A stretch of DNA of 64,000 nucleotides, taken from assembly GCA_036272935.1 (NCBI GenBank), contig DATAXP010000075.1, positions 20,511 to 84,510 of the forward strand, read 5' to 3'. This document shows, in pieces, positions 29,525 to 40,074 of the stretch. The first letter of the stretch is position 1. The number at the start of each line of letters is the position of its first letter. The DNA is from Pirellulales bacterium. GTDB lineage: Bacteria > Planctomycetota > Planctomycetia > Pirellulales > PNKZ01. Made by a program: the position numbers and the translations under genes. Under the pieces are notes generated by a model. The model saw only the letters and a program-made list of their open reading frames with translations. It ran no database searches and was not told the origin of the DNA.

Positions 29525-30646
29525 CTACGCGGCACGTGCCGAGGGAGCCACTATGCGGCGCTCGGCAATTCTGCGCACCAGTCGAGCCACTTCAGCCGCG
29601 GCATGGGGCATGGCCATGGTCCGCATCCCCTCTCGCAACTTCTGGCGCGAGCGCGGATCGACCGCCAGCCGCAACAGTTGATCGGCCAGCTCGCCGGCCG
29701 GATCTGTGGCGCGCCGGAAGTCGACCGCCCGGCACGCACCGTGCCGGGCGTAAACCACCGCGTTGCGCAACTGATGATCGTCGGCAGCGTGCGGATATGG
29801 AACTACGATTGCCGTCGAGCCGCACGCGGCCAATTCGGCCAAGGTCGTCCCGCCGGCGCGCGAGATCACCACGTCCGCATCGGCCAATAGCTCGGCAACG
29901 TTCGGAAAGAACGCTCGCAGCGTTGCCCAGCGTCCCCGCTGCGCGTAGCGATCGCGCGTCGTGGCCAACTCGGCCGCGCCCGTTTGATGGAACACCCCCC
30001 ATTGCTCGAATCGAGCGCCAAGGCGGGCAATCGCTTCGGGGACCGTGCGATTCAAGTCGGCCGAGCCGTTGCTGCCCCCCAGCACGACGAGCCGCGGTGG
30101 GCGCGATCCGAGCTTCGCTGCTGCTCGCTGCGAGAACATCGAGCGCACCGGATTCCCGGTGTGCCGAAAGCGATCCTGGCGAATGTTCAACCATGGCTGG
30201 GCCTCTGCCATCGCCGCGCACACCAGTTCGGCATGTGGTGCGAGCCAGCGGGTCACGCGACCCGGCAACGCGTTCTGTTCCAGCAACACCAGCGGCGTGC
30301 GGGTGGCGTGCGCCGCACGTGCCATCGGCACGCTCGACCAACCACCGAGGCCGACCACCACGTCGGCCGGATGCTTTGCCAACCATCGTCGGGCTGCGGC
30401 GACCCCGGCGACATAGTCCAGCGCAAAGTGGGGCATCTTCCACGGCCTGCGTGGCCACGCCCGGCAACGGAACGCGACATATTGGTGGCCGTGCTGCTCG
30501 ACGATGCGCCGCTCCATGGCGCCGCCGGCACCCGCGAACGTGATTCGTATGCAGTCGCCCAGAGCGCCGAGCCGCTCGGCCACCGCCAAGCCCGGGAACA
30601 AGTGCCCACCAGTCCCACCGCCGCAAAAAATGATGTGAGCATTCAT
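29525..30646 (-). CDS. murG: UDP-N-acetylglucosamine--N-acetylmuramyl-(pentapeptide) pyrophosphoryl-undecaprenol GlcNAc transferase
   Basis: MNAHIIFCGGGTGGHLFPGLAVAE from the ATG at complement 30644-30646. ISRAGGTTLAELA...HQLRNA. The 578-aa track ORF is an artefactual upstream extension into mraY. Confidence 0.9.
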   Translation of the reverse strand: MNAHIIFCGGGTGGHLFPGLAVAERLGALGDCIRITFAGAGGAMERRIVEQHGHQYVAFRCRAWPRRPWKMPHFALDYVAGVAAARRWLAKHPADVVVGLGGWSSVPMARAAHATRTPLVLLEQNALPGRVTRWLAPHAELVCAAMAEAQPWLNIRQDRFRHTGNPVRSMFSQRAAAKLGSRPPRLVVLGGSNGSADLNRTVPEAIARLGARFEQWGVFHQTGAAELATTRDRYAQRGRWATLRAFFPNVAELLADADVVISRAGGTTLAELAACGSTAIVVPYPHAADDHQLRNAVVYARHGACRAVDFRRATDPAGELADQLLRLAVDPRSRQKLREGMRTMAMPHAAAEVARLVRRIAERRIVAPSARAA

Positions 30647-30657
30647 GGCTGGTTGCC

Positions 30658-31644
30658 TCAAAGCGGCCACAGGATGTACGAGGCCGCCACACCGACGATC
30701 GCGCAACACGCCGCCGCGTTGCGGAATGCCGCCACGATGCTCGGCTCCGACCAGCCAAGAAACTGAAAGTGATGATGCAGCGGCGCACATCGCAGCAGAC
30801 GACGTTGCGTCGCACGGAACCACGCAACCTGCGCGATCACACTGAGCGTCTCGACGACAAACACCCCGGCAACTAGCGGCCACAAGAACTGCACATCGGC
30901 CACGATCGCCAAGTACCCGAGCAATCCCCCCAAGGCCAGCGAGCCGGTATCGCCCATGAATACCCGCGCCGGATGGCGGTTGAACCACAGGAAGCCGGCA
31001 AGCACGCCGACCAGCGCGCCCAGCAGCACGAGTAACTCGCCGCGGTTCGCAGCGGCGGCGGTGGCGACGACCATCAACGCCAAGGCACCGGCCGACCACA
31101 ACGAGCATCCTGCAGCCAGGCCGTCGAGCCCGTCGGTCAGGTTCACGGCGTTGGCCGAGGCGACCATCACCAACGTCGCCCACGGGATCATCGACCACGC
31201 AGCCGCACCGTCGTCGCGTAGGTGCGCCAGGCCCGCGGCAACCATCGCCGCCACGACACATTGCCCGGCGAGCTTTTGCTGCCGCGAGAGGCCGCTGCCA
31301 TGCTTCACGCGTTTGCGGAGATCATCGACCGCGCCAACTGCCGCCATCCCGGCCGTGGCCACGAGTGCCAGCAGCACCGTGCCGCAACGGAGATCGGCTA
31401 GCACAACCACTGTGAGCATCCACACTGCAACGATCACCGCGCCCCCCATCGACGGCGTGGCATGCTTGGCGGCGTGCAGTTGCCGCAGCATCGGCGAAGG
31501 GCTGGCGTTGGTGTCGGTACACAGCCGCCGCAATCGTCTGATCGCCCAAGGCATGACGATCAGCATCAGCACGAGTGCGACGCCACCGGCCAGCGCGGCG
31601 CGGACGACGGGACCGGCTACATTCGTCAACGGGTCGAAAAACAC
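30658..31644 (-). CDS. mraY: phospho-N-acetylmuramoyl-pentapeptide transferase
   Basis: NAVNLTDGLDGLA, MGDTGSLALGG, HHHFQ. I prefer the GTG at complement 31642-31644, which has GAGGAG 8 nt upstream, over the ATG at 31752 that adds an Arg-rich 36 aa. Confidence 0.85.
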   Translation of the reverse strand: MFFDPLTNVAGPVVRAALAGGVALVLMLIVMPWAIRRLRRLCTDTNASPSPMLRQLHAAKHATPSMGGAVIVAVWMLTVVVLADLRCGTVLLALVATAGMAAVGAVDDLRKRVKHGSGLSRQQKLAGQCVVAAMVAAGLAHLRDDGAAAWSMIPWATLVMVASANAVNLTDGLDGLAAGCSLWSAGALALMVVATAAAANRGELLVLLGALVGVLAGFLWFNRHPARVFMGDTGSLALGGLLGYLAIVADVQFLWPLVAGVFVVETLSVIAQVAWFRATQRRLLRCAPLHHHFQFLGWSEPSIVAAFRNAAACCAIVGVAASYILWPL

Positions 31645-31950
31645 CGGGTCGCTCCTCGCTCTCGGTGGCTTGGGGTGCGACGCCGAGAGTCGGCCGGGTG
31701 GGGCTCGCGACTCTCGGCGGCACCGGTGATCCCTGAGACGCCGGAGCGGCAACGTTTGCCGCTCCGGCGCTCAGTCAAAAGGCTCCGCCGAGAAGCACCT
31801 GCCGGAGCGGTTGACCCAGTAACCGCGGACCCGGCAAGTTGAAGCTTCGACCCAGGAGGAGGGGTAGCAATCCCAAGGTCCCGCAACCTCGAGAACGCCT
31901 TCGGCGGAGCCCGCAATGGTTCCTTGCAATTAGTCGGTTGCGTTCTTGTT

Positions 31951-33327
31951 TCAAGCCACGTTCAGCAGCGCCAGGCAACGTTCAAGCCCCACGGCCCGCG
32001 ATCCTTTGACCAGCAATACATCGTCAGACGTTACGACCTGCCGGGCCACGTCGGCCGCCTCGCAGGCATCGCGGCAGGTGAACACGCATTGTTCGGCCAT
32101 CCCGGCAGCCCGCGCCCCGGCAATCACGTGCTCGGCATGTTCGCCGCAGGCGATCAGCACGTCGGCACCGCACACGGTCACCACCTGGTCGCCCACCTGG
32201 CGATGAAGCTGCGGCGTTTCGGGACCAAGCTCGCGCATGTCGCCACATAGGGCAATCCGCCGACCGGCGGCGTCGAAATCGCGCAGCAGTTCGAGCGCCG
32301 CCCGCATCGCCGTGGGGCTGGCGTTGTAGCAATCGTTGATGATCGTCGCCCCGCGCCACTCGCGCACTTCGCAGCGCATCTGCGGCGAACGGAAGTCGGC
32401 CAACCCGGTGGTGATCGCCGGCCACGTCACGCCCAGGTGTCGGGCGACCGCAATGGCCATCAGCGCGCTGGTAAGATGGTGACGACCCCAGACCGGCACA
32501 GCCATCTCGTGGCCGTTGGCGGTGAATTCGAGCAGGCCGCCGGAGCTGCGCACGCCGGTAGCTGCGTAGTCGGCCTCGGCGCTGCGTCCTACGGTGACCA
32601 CGCGCGCCGTGCAGCGCCCCACCAACGGTCGTATCCGCGCATCGTCAGCCGATAGAATCGCCAGCCCGTCGCGCGGCAGCGCGTCGAGCAGTTCCGCTTT
32701 CGCTCCGGCCAATGCCTCGCGGCTGCCGAAGGTGCCCAGGTGTGCCTCGCCGAGTTGCGTGATCACACCGACCTGCGGGCGACAAATATCGGCCAAGGCG
32801 GCAATTTCGCCGGCGGCGCTGGCTCCCAGCTCGACCACGGCATAGTCGTGGTCGTGCCGCCAGCCGAGCATGCTCAGCGGCAGCCCCACATGATTGTTGT
32901 AGTTCCGCGGACTGGCGCTACCGCTTTGTCCCGCGCCCAGCGCCGCGTGGATCATTTGCCGCGTCGTGGTCTTGCCGACGCTGCCGGTCACCGCGACTAC
33001 GCGCCCTTGAAAACGGTTCCGCTGCCAGCGCGCCGCGGCGACCAACGCCTCGGCAGCATCGTGTACTTCGATCGCCCAGCGTCCTGCCGGCGGCTCCGCG
33101 GCGCGGCTCGACACCGTGCCCGCCGCTCCTTGGCGATACGCATCGCCGATGAACTCGGCACCGTCGACGCGCATGCCGGGCAGAGCCCAGAACACGTCGC
33201 CGGGTCGCACGTCGCGGCTATCGATCACCACGCGGCGAATCGCCGTGTGCCGTCCCTTGCCGCCGGCGCCCGTTCGGCAACGGCCTTGCGTGGCGGCGAT
33301 CAGTTCGTCGAGCGTAAGCCGGGACAT
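31951..33327 (-). CDS. murF: UDP-N-acetylmuramoyl-tripeptide--D-alanyl-D-alanine ligase
   Basis: VIDSRDVRPGDVFWALPG, VAVTGSVGKTTT, and overall Mur ligase layout. Confidence 0.9.
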   Translation of the reverse strand: MSRLTLDELIAATQGRCRTGAGGKGRHTAIRRVVIDSRDVRPGDVFWALPGMRVDGAEFIGDAYRQGAAGTVSSRAAEPPAGRWAIEVHDAAEALVAAARWQRNRFQGRVVAVTGSVGKTTTRQMIHAALGAGQSGSASPRNYNNHVGLPLSMLGWRHDHDYAVVELGASAAGEIAALADICRPQVGVITQLGEAHLGTFGSREALAGAKAELLDALPRDGLAILSADDARIRPLVGRCTARVVTVGRSAEADYAATGVRSSGGLLEFTANGHEMAVPVWGRHHLTSALMAIAVARHLGVTWPAITTGLADFRSPQMRCEVREWRGATIINDCYNASPTAMRAALELLRDFDAAGRRIALCGDMRELGPETPQLHRQVGDQVVTVCGADVLIACGEHAEHVIAGARAAGMAEQCVFTCRDACEAADVARQVVTSDDVLLVKGSRAVGLERCLALLNVA

Positions 33328-33345
33328 GAGAACCCTAAAGTATGG

Positions 33346-34860
33346 TTATGCCGCGATGCGCAACAGCGAGCGGGTCGGGACCACTTCGCGCGCGTCGTCG
33401 TACAGCCAGCGGCGGGCCACGTCGGCATCGTCGAATTCATAGCGCTCGTCGCCGACGATCTGATACGTTTCGTGCCCTTTGCCGGCAATCAGCACGCAGT
33501 CGCCGGGCCGCGCTTGGCCCAGCGCCCGCTCGATCGCCGCTGCACGGTCGGGAATCACTTCGATGCCCGCGGGCTCGACGCAGCCGTGGAGCACGTCGCG
33601 CGTGATACGCCGCGGGTCTTCGGTGCGAGGGTTGTCGCTGGTGAGCACCACGACGTCGGCTCGTGCCTCGACGGCGCGACCCATCTTCGGGCGCTTGGTC
33701 GAGTCGCGGTCGCCGCCGGCGCCAAAGACGCACAGCACCCGGCCGCTCGTCAGGTTTCGCAGGGCGTCGAGCACGCCGGCCAGGGCATCGGGCGTGTGAG
33801 CGTAGTCGACGAACACACCGAACGGCTGGCCGCACTCGATCCGCTCCAATCGTCCGGGAAGCCGATCGACCGTCTCCAGGCCGCGCACGATCGTTGTTAG
33901 ATCGAAACCGTAGCCAAGGCCGACCGCCGCCGCGACCAGGCAGTTGTAGATATTGTGTCGACCGATCAGGTGCGTGCGGACCGCAGCCGTTTCGTTGCCG
34001 GCGTGCAGCAGGAACGTCTGCTCCGAAAGGCACTGCTCGATGGGTGTGGCGGTGATCTCGGCCTCGGCATCGAGCGCGATGGTCAGCGCCGGAGCATCGA
34101 GCCGCTCGAGGTAATCGACGCAGGCATCGTCATCGGCGTTGAGCACCGCGAACCCACCGGGGCGCAGATGCTCGAACAGCCGCTCCTTGGCGGCGCGGTA
34201 GGCCACTGGGGTGCGGTGGAAATCGAGATGATCGTGCCGGACGTTGGTCACGCAGGCGACGTCGTACTCCAGTCCCGCCACACGATCCTGCGCCAGCGCG
34301 TGGCTCGAAACTTCCATCACCGCGTGGGTGCGATTGGTCGTGAGCATCCGGTTGAGCCATGCGGCAAGCACCGGCGCGGGAGGCGTCGTCCAAGCGGCCG
34401 GCTCCAGCTCGTTGCCATCGCAGTAGCCGAGCGTGCCCAGGATGCCGGCACGTTGCCCCGCGGCAGCGAGAATGCTGCCGATGAGCCACGACGTGGTGGT
34501 TTTGCCGTTCGTGCCGGTGACGCCGATCAGCTTCAGGCGCCCCGTGGGATTGTCGGCCAAGGCCTGGCACAACCGAGCATAGGCGGGGCGCGTGTCGGCA
34601 ACCCTCGCCACCGGCATGCCGAGGGCGTCGATCGGCCGATCGGCAAGCACGGCCGAGGCACCGCGACGGATCGCTTCCTGCACGAAATCGTGGCCGTCGA
34701 TCTTCACGCCCGGCAAGGCGGCGAACAGGTCGCCAGGCTGGCATTGCCGCGAGTCGGCGCAAATGCTGCTGACGCGCAGATCGTTGGCGCCGTGAATCGT
34801 GGCATTCGGCAATACTTGCCGTAGCCACACATGTCGAACCGGCGCAGTTGTAGCCTGCAT
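33346..34860 (-). CDS. murE: UDP-N-acetylmuramoyl-L-alanyl-D-glutamate--2,6-diaminopimelate ligase
   Basis: ADSRQCQPGDLFAALPG, IGVTGTNGKTTTSW, VLTSDNPRTEDP. The start is set at MQATTAP (complement 34858-34860); the ATG at 34929 is possible. Confidence 0.88.
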   Translation of the reverse strand: MQATTAPVRHVWLRQVLPNATIHGANDLRVSSICADSRQCQPGDLFAALPGVKIDGHDFVQEAIRRGASAVLADRPIDALGMPVARVADTRPAYARLCQALADNPTGRLKLIGVTGTNGKTTTSWLIGSILAAAGQRAGILGTLGYCDGNELEPAAWTTPPAPVLAAWLNRMLTTNRTHAVMEVSSHALAQDRVAGLEYDVACVTNVRHDHLDFHRTPVAYRAAKERLFEHLRPGGFAVLNADDDACVDYLERLDAPALTIALDAEAEITATPIEQCLSEQTFLLHAGNETAAVRTHLIGRHNIYNCLVAAAVGLGYGFDLTTIVRGLETVDRLPGRLERIECGQPFGVFVDYAHTPDALAGVLDALRNLTSGRVLCVFGAGGDRDSTKRPKMGRAVEARADVVVLTSDNPRTEDPRRITRDVLHGCVEPAGIEVIPDRAAAIERALGQARPGDCVLIAGKGHETYQIVGDERYEFDDADVARRWLYDDAREVVPTRSLLRIAA

Positions 34861-35077
34861 GGCGTGAAGGCCTCCGTGCCTGGGACGCCGGACATTGCGT
34901 TGCATCACTGGGTCGGCATCGCGGCGCATCGTGCGCTGGTGCGGTGCCTATCGCTCGACGGTTTGATCCGCCGATCGATTGCGGGTGGCGAGTGTTCCGA
35001 ATTTCGCGTTTAGTGTCAAGGTCGGTTGGCCACAGGCCTTGTAAGCACTACAAATGCGTCGAGGAGTTTCTTGGCCC

Positions 35078-35163
35078 GGACCAAAAAACTCGCCGAGTTT
35101 ATTTTTTGGTTCCTGAGGGTCCCAGGGGGGTAAGGCCAAAATACTCGCCTCGTTTTTTGGTCC
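35078..35163. repeat. two tandem related A/T-tract hairpins (GGACC-A6-CTCGCCGAG-T-rich-GGTTCC and GGCC-A4-TACTCGCCTCG-T6-GGTCC)
   Basis: Units at 35078-35113 and 35134-35163 share the core CCAAAA.ACTCGCC..G..TTTTTTGGT.CC. They sit in an unusually AT-rich 360-bp spacer upstream of murE. Confidence 0.7.
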
Positions 35164-35288
35164 GAGCTACGCAATGCCGCGGGCCTGCCACGTGCGATCG
35201 AGTTGTCAAAGAGCGAGAACTTTCCATCGCATACATAGCGGACGAGCGCGAAACGTTCCAGCCATAAAGGAGCCACGGACGCGGCGCA

Positions 35289-35555
35289 TCAGGCTTGGCA
35301 CGTGAGTTCTTCTCGCGCGGGTCCGCAGTGGCGGCGCTCTTCGCTCAGGAACACGGCCATACGGTAGCCGCGCGCTTTGGAGACGAACACGCGCTCCATG
35401 CCGGCACGTGGAGGGATGCGCATGTCGCGAAAGATCGTGCGTCGGCTGATGCCGAACCGCGCGGCCAAGTGGTCCACGTCGCGCTGCGGCTCAGCGTGCA
35501 TCAGCGCCGTCAAACGAGCAATGCGCACCAAACGGTCTGACCGATTCGCTGGCAT
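35289..35555 (-). CDS. short HTH protein resembling the N-terminal DeoR/YafY-type HTH_11 domain only (no WYL or ligand domain)
   Basis: RLVRIARLTALMHAEPQRDVDHLAARFGISRRTIFRDMRI. 88 aa, possibly a truncated regulator. Confidence 0.6.
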   Translation of the reverse strand: MPANRSDRLVRIARLTALMHAEPQRDVDHLAARFGISRRTIFRDMRIPPRAGMERVFVSKARGYRMAVFLSEERRHCGPAREELTCQA

Positions 35556-35805
35556 AGCTGCCTTTTCCTAATGCTCATCATGTTGTACCCCGATGGAAAA
35601 TGCCCCAAGCCGCCTGATCGCCCGATCTCTACAAACCGGAACGCCCCAGCCAAGATCGAATCGCGTCCCCCCGACCCCTTTGTATTCTCCGGGGCGCAAA
35701 GCCAAACAGTGGTCGGCAGGTGAAAACCGCCGCCGATTTGTGCGGATTTGCTGAGCAAGTCCGCCGCCCTGCTCGCCGGGTACTGTGAAAATCGATCCGC
35801 CCTGC

Positions 35806-35838
35806 TTGACAGCGCCGTACCAGTGATATATCACTGGT
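35806..35838 (+). promoter_or_regulatory. TTGACA -35 box followed by a perfect 20-bp palindrome ACCAGTGATATATCACTGGT (candidate GntR operator overlapping the -10 region)
   Basis: TTGACA at 35806-35811. The palindrome at 35819-35838 is an exact reverse complement with a central TATA, and it ends 6 nt before the first ATG of the GntR ORF. Confidence 0.6.
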
Positions 35839-35844
35839 GAAACG

Positions 35845-36750
35845 ATGCCTGGTCCACGCGAACGACCCGCAAAAACCGGGCAGCACCCTCGCAAAGAAAG
35901 AGCTCGCATGCGATCCGCGAAAGTCCGCCGTGGCGCGAAGAGAAAGCCGTCCACATTGGCCCAGGATCTCTACGAAGGGCTTTGCCGCGAAATTACTACC
36001 GGGAAGTTGAAGCCGGGCGAGCTGTTGTCGCGCCGGAAGATCGCCGCCAATTATGGGACCAGCTATATCCCGGTGGTCGAGGCCATGGTCCGGCTGGAGA
36101 ATGTCGGTTTGATTGAGTCCGAGTCAGCGCAAATGGCTCGGGTCAGCGCGATCACCGTGGAAGGCATCGAACATGCCTGCACACTGCGGGAGGCATTGGA
36201 AACGCAAGCCATTCGCTTGGCCTGTGAATCGGCGACCGACCAGGAGATCGCGGCACTGTATCAGCTCGCGGAGGCGGTGGAGGCGCGCACCTCACAATGG
36301 GATGCGTCCCACGGAAACGTGAGCGACGGCGAAGGCCCGGTGTTGCATTTCCGGTTTCATCACCGGATCGCGGAAATCAGCCGTTGCCCAACCCTGGTCC
36401 GTGAATTGGAGAAGAGCGAACTGGCGCACCGGCTACGGGCGAACTGGATCTATGTCGCGGGGATGCACGACGTGCCGCGGTTTCATTCCCTCTTAGCCGA
36501 TGCCATCAAGGCCCGCGACCCGCAGGCTGCCGATGCCGCGATGCGATCCCATGTACGCTTCGGCTTGGCCAAAGAACTGCGTGGCTATCGCGTCCAGGCA
36601 ACGAAACCAGGCAATGAAAATGGGCATTTAAGGGTTCTTCCCCCTGATGAACCATCCCGTCAAGGGAGCAAGACTATAAACGTCGCGGCAGCTCGTCCCA
36701 CCCCTGCGCTGCGTGCCGTGGGTGCGACGAGGACGGTGACGTCAACGTGA
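35845..36750 (+). CDS. GntR-family (FadR/FCD-type) transcriptional regulator
   Basis: LYEGLCREITTGKLKPGELLSRRKIAANYGTSYIPVVEAMVRLENVGLIES (winged HTH), then a helical FCD-like domain. An alternative start exists at the ATG at 35908. Confidence 0.8.
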   Translation: MPGPRERPAKTGQHPRKERARMRSAKVRRGAKRKPSTLAQDLYEGLCREITTGKLKPGELLSRRKIAANYGTSYIPVVEAMVRLENVGLIESESAQMARVSAITVEGIEHACTLREALETQAIRLACESATDQEIAALYQLAEAVEARTSQWDASHGNVSDGEGPVLHFRFHHRIAEISRCPTLVRELEKSELAHRLRANWIYVAGMHDVPRFHSLLADAIKARDPQAADAAMRSHVRFGLAKELRGYRVQATKPGNENGHLRVLPPDEPSRQGSKTINVAAARPTPALRAVGATRTVTST

Positions 36751-36823
36751 AATCCCGGCAGCGTTGGTTGCGGCGGAAAAACGGCCGCGGGGAACGATGA
36801 TTGCCGGAAAAAGGACGCAAACG

Positions 36824-38944
36824 ATGAACACTCTCCGACGGCTGCTCTCCGCGGGCGCGCTATTAAGTTCGCTTTGCACACAGGCCGTTGCTGCCCCGCC
36901 GAGCGCCGCGGCTCTGGATCAGTTTGAAAAGAAAGTCCGGCCGCTGCTGGCCGAGAAATGTTGGAAGTGTCATGGAGAAGGCAAGCAGAAAGGTGGTCTG
37001 CGGCTCGACTCGGCAGCGGGCTTGGCCCATGGCGGCAGCACGGGCCCTGTCATTTCGCCAGGAGAACCCGAGCGCAGCTTGCTGATCCAGGCCGTCGAGC
37101 AGACAGGCGACGTCGAGATGCCGCCTGACGGCAAGCTGAGCGAGCAGCAGATTGCAGATCTGATCGCGTGGATCAAAGCTGGGGCCGTCTGGCCCGGGGC
37201 TGCGCCCCATCAGAAAGGCGGCAACGACTTCACGGCGGAGCAAAAAGCCTTCTGGGCCTTTCAGCCAGTCAAGCAGGTCAAAGTACCGGTGGTGAAGAAC
37301 GCCGCCTGGCCAACTTCGCCGATCGATCATTTCATTCTTGCCAAGCTGGAAGAAAAGAGTCTCGCCCCCGCGCCGCGAGCCGACAATCGCACGTTGCTTC
37401 GCCGGGTCACGTTCGACCTGACCGGCCTGCCACCGACAGCGGCCGAACTCGACGCCTTTCAGAAAGACACTTCTGCCGACGCCTTCGCCAAGGTTGTCGA
37501 TCGCCTGCTGGCTTCGCCGCATTACGGCGAACGCTGGGGCCGGCACTGGCTCGACGTGGTCCGTTATTCGGAGACGACGGCCAATGACGGCAACTGCGTC
37601 ATGCGCTACGCCTGGCGCTACCGCGATTACGTCGTGGCCGCCTTGAACCGTGACAAACCGTATGACCAGTTCATTACGGAGCAGTTGGCCGGCGATCTGC
37701 TACCGGCGACAACCAATCTCAGCCAGATGGCCGAGCGCGTCGTCGCCACCGGCATGCTGATGGTCGGTCCCAAGGCCCTTGCCGAGAAAGATAAGGAACA
37801 GACGCGGCTCGACATTGTCGACGACCAGCTTGACGTCATCGGGCGGGGGATTTTGGGTTTGACGCTCGGCTGTGCCCGCTGCCACAACCACAAGTTCGAT
37901 CCCATCCTGACCAGCGACTATTACAGTCTGGCCGGCATCCTTCGCAGCACCGAAGTCTACCGGGGTGGCATCCAGGAATGGCCGCTGTTGGAGCTGCCGG
38001 GTGATCAGGCCGTGGTGGTCATGGCGCCGAAGGAAGGCAAGACGGTCGATCTGCCGATTCACATTCGCGGCAATCATTTCCAACTCGGTGCGCTCGCGCC
38101 GCGCGGCTTTCCGCGGATCTAGCGGGCAACGACCAGCCGAGCCTGCCCAAGGATCAGAGCGGGAGGCTGCAATTGGCTCGCTGGATTGTCGCCCAGGAAA
38201 ACCCGTTGACCGCGAGGGTATTGGTCAATCGGCTCTGGCAGTGGCATTTCGGCACAGGGATTGTCGCGACGAGCGACAACTTCGGCTCGCGCGGCGAGAT
38301 ACCCTCGCACCCTGAGTTGTTGGATTGGCTGGCGGCGCGGTGCGTCGCCGAAGGCTGGTCGCTCAAAGCTCTGCACCGCTTGCTCGTGTTGTCGAGCACT
38401 TACCAGATGGCCAGCACGTCCAGTGCCCAGGCCTTGCTGGTTGATCCGAGCAATCGTCTGCTGGCATCCATGCCACGGCGCCGGCTCGAGGCCGAGGAAC
38501 TGCATGACGCCCTGCTGCTGGTCAGCGGCCAGCTCGATCGGGCCGTGGGCGGCAACGACGCGACCGAACACCTGTGGAAAAAGGGAAAGGGGCCCGACGC
38601 AATGCACTCCAACGACATCGCCGCGGATGATCCCTATTACCGGGAGTCGCGCCGTCGCAGTCTTTACCTGCCTGCCGTCCGCAATGTTCTTGCCGATGTA
38701 CTGGCTTTGTTTGACGCTGCCGACCCCAATAGCGTCACTTCGGTGCGCAACGAGACGACCGTTCCTTCGCAAGCCCTGTTTATGCTGAATAATCCCTTCG
38801 TGCGCGACCAGGCCCTGCACCTGGCCGAGTCCCTCCTGAGCGATGCCAAGCTGAGCGATCCGGACAGGATAGCCACCGCGTATCTCCGCGCCCTGGGGCG
38901 TCCTCCGCTAAGGGACGAACAGAGTGAAGCCCTGCAGTACTTGA

Positions 38945-38950
<6 letters not shown>
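36824..38950 (+). pseudogene. PSCyt1/DUF1549/DUF1553 (Planctomycete cytochrome-c-like) gene, frameshifted near 38117-38122 and truncated at its 3' end
   Basis: Signal peptide MNTLRRLLSAGALLSSLCTQAVA, heme-like CWKCHG, DUF1549 SPIDHFILAKL...FDLTGLPPT. The frame stops at 38120. The expected continuation LAGNDQPSLPKDQSGRLQLARWIV...NRLWQWHFG...STYQMAS reads on in the -1 frame. Sensible sequence ends around ALQYLTVY (about 38945). Confidence 0.8.
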
Positions 38951-39658
<708 letters not shown>

Positions 39659-39949
39659 CGATTTGAGTCGCTGCTGGCGCCCCCTTGAACATCAACCCGG
39701 GAGGGAGAAAAGCGGACGCGAGTGGAGGCGTCCCTTTCGCCGACCGATGGCATGGACTACGTAGAATCGGCGATAGGAATCGCCTCCCACATTCGAGATA
39801 ACGCAAGCCCGCCGTTTCTCCCTTTCCGCATTTCGTACTTTCGTCATCCTCCGCCGCCGTGTGGCGGCCGATTGAAGTCGTGCGGCGGATGGTTTAGACT
39901 CGACAGCGAAGCTTGTCCGCCGCTCTAGGCGGCGGCCGGCTACACCCGA

Positions 39950-40033
39950 GCGCGAGTGGCGGAATTGGCAGACGCACCAGCTTGAGGGGCTGGCGATCGC
40001 AAGATCGTGCAGGTTCAACTCCTGTCTCGCGCA
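39950..40033 (+). tRNA. tRNA-Leu (anticodon GAG), type II with long variable arm, no encoded CCA
   Basis: Hand fold: acceptor GCGCGAG/CTCGCGC, D arm GCGGAATTGGCAGACGC, anticodon stem CCAGC/GCTGG with loop TTGAGGG, variable arm CGATCGCAAGATCGT, T arm GCAGG-TTCAACT-CCTGT, discriminator A. Confidence 0.88.
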
Positions 40034-40074
40034 GTTTGCTTTTCGAGGGGCCGAAGGGGGTTTTTGGCCAACTT

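Noticed and set aside
29525-31261. 578-aa version of the murG ORF from the track.
   Set aside because: The N-terminal roughly 205 aa overlap mraY out of frame and are Arg/Gly-rich nonsense. The conserved MurG N-terminus MNAHIIFCGGGTGGH starts at the ATG at complement 30644-30646.
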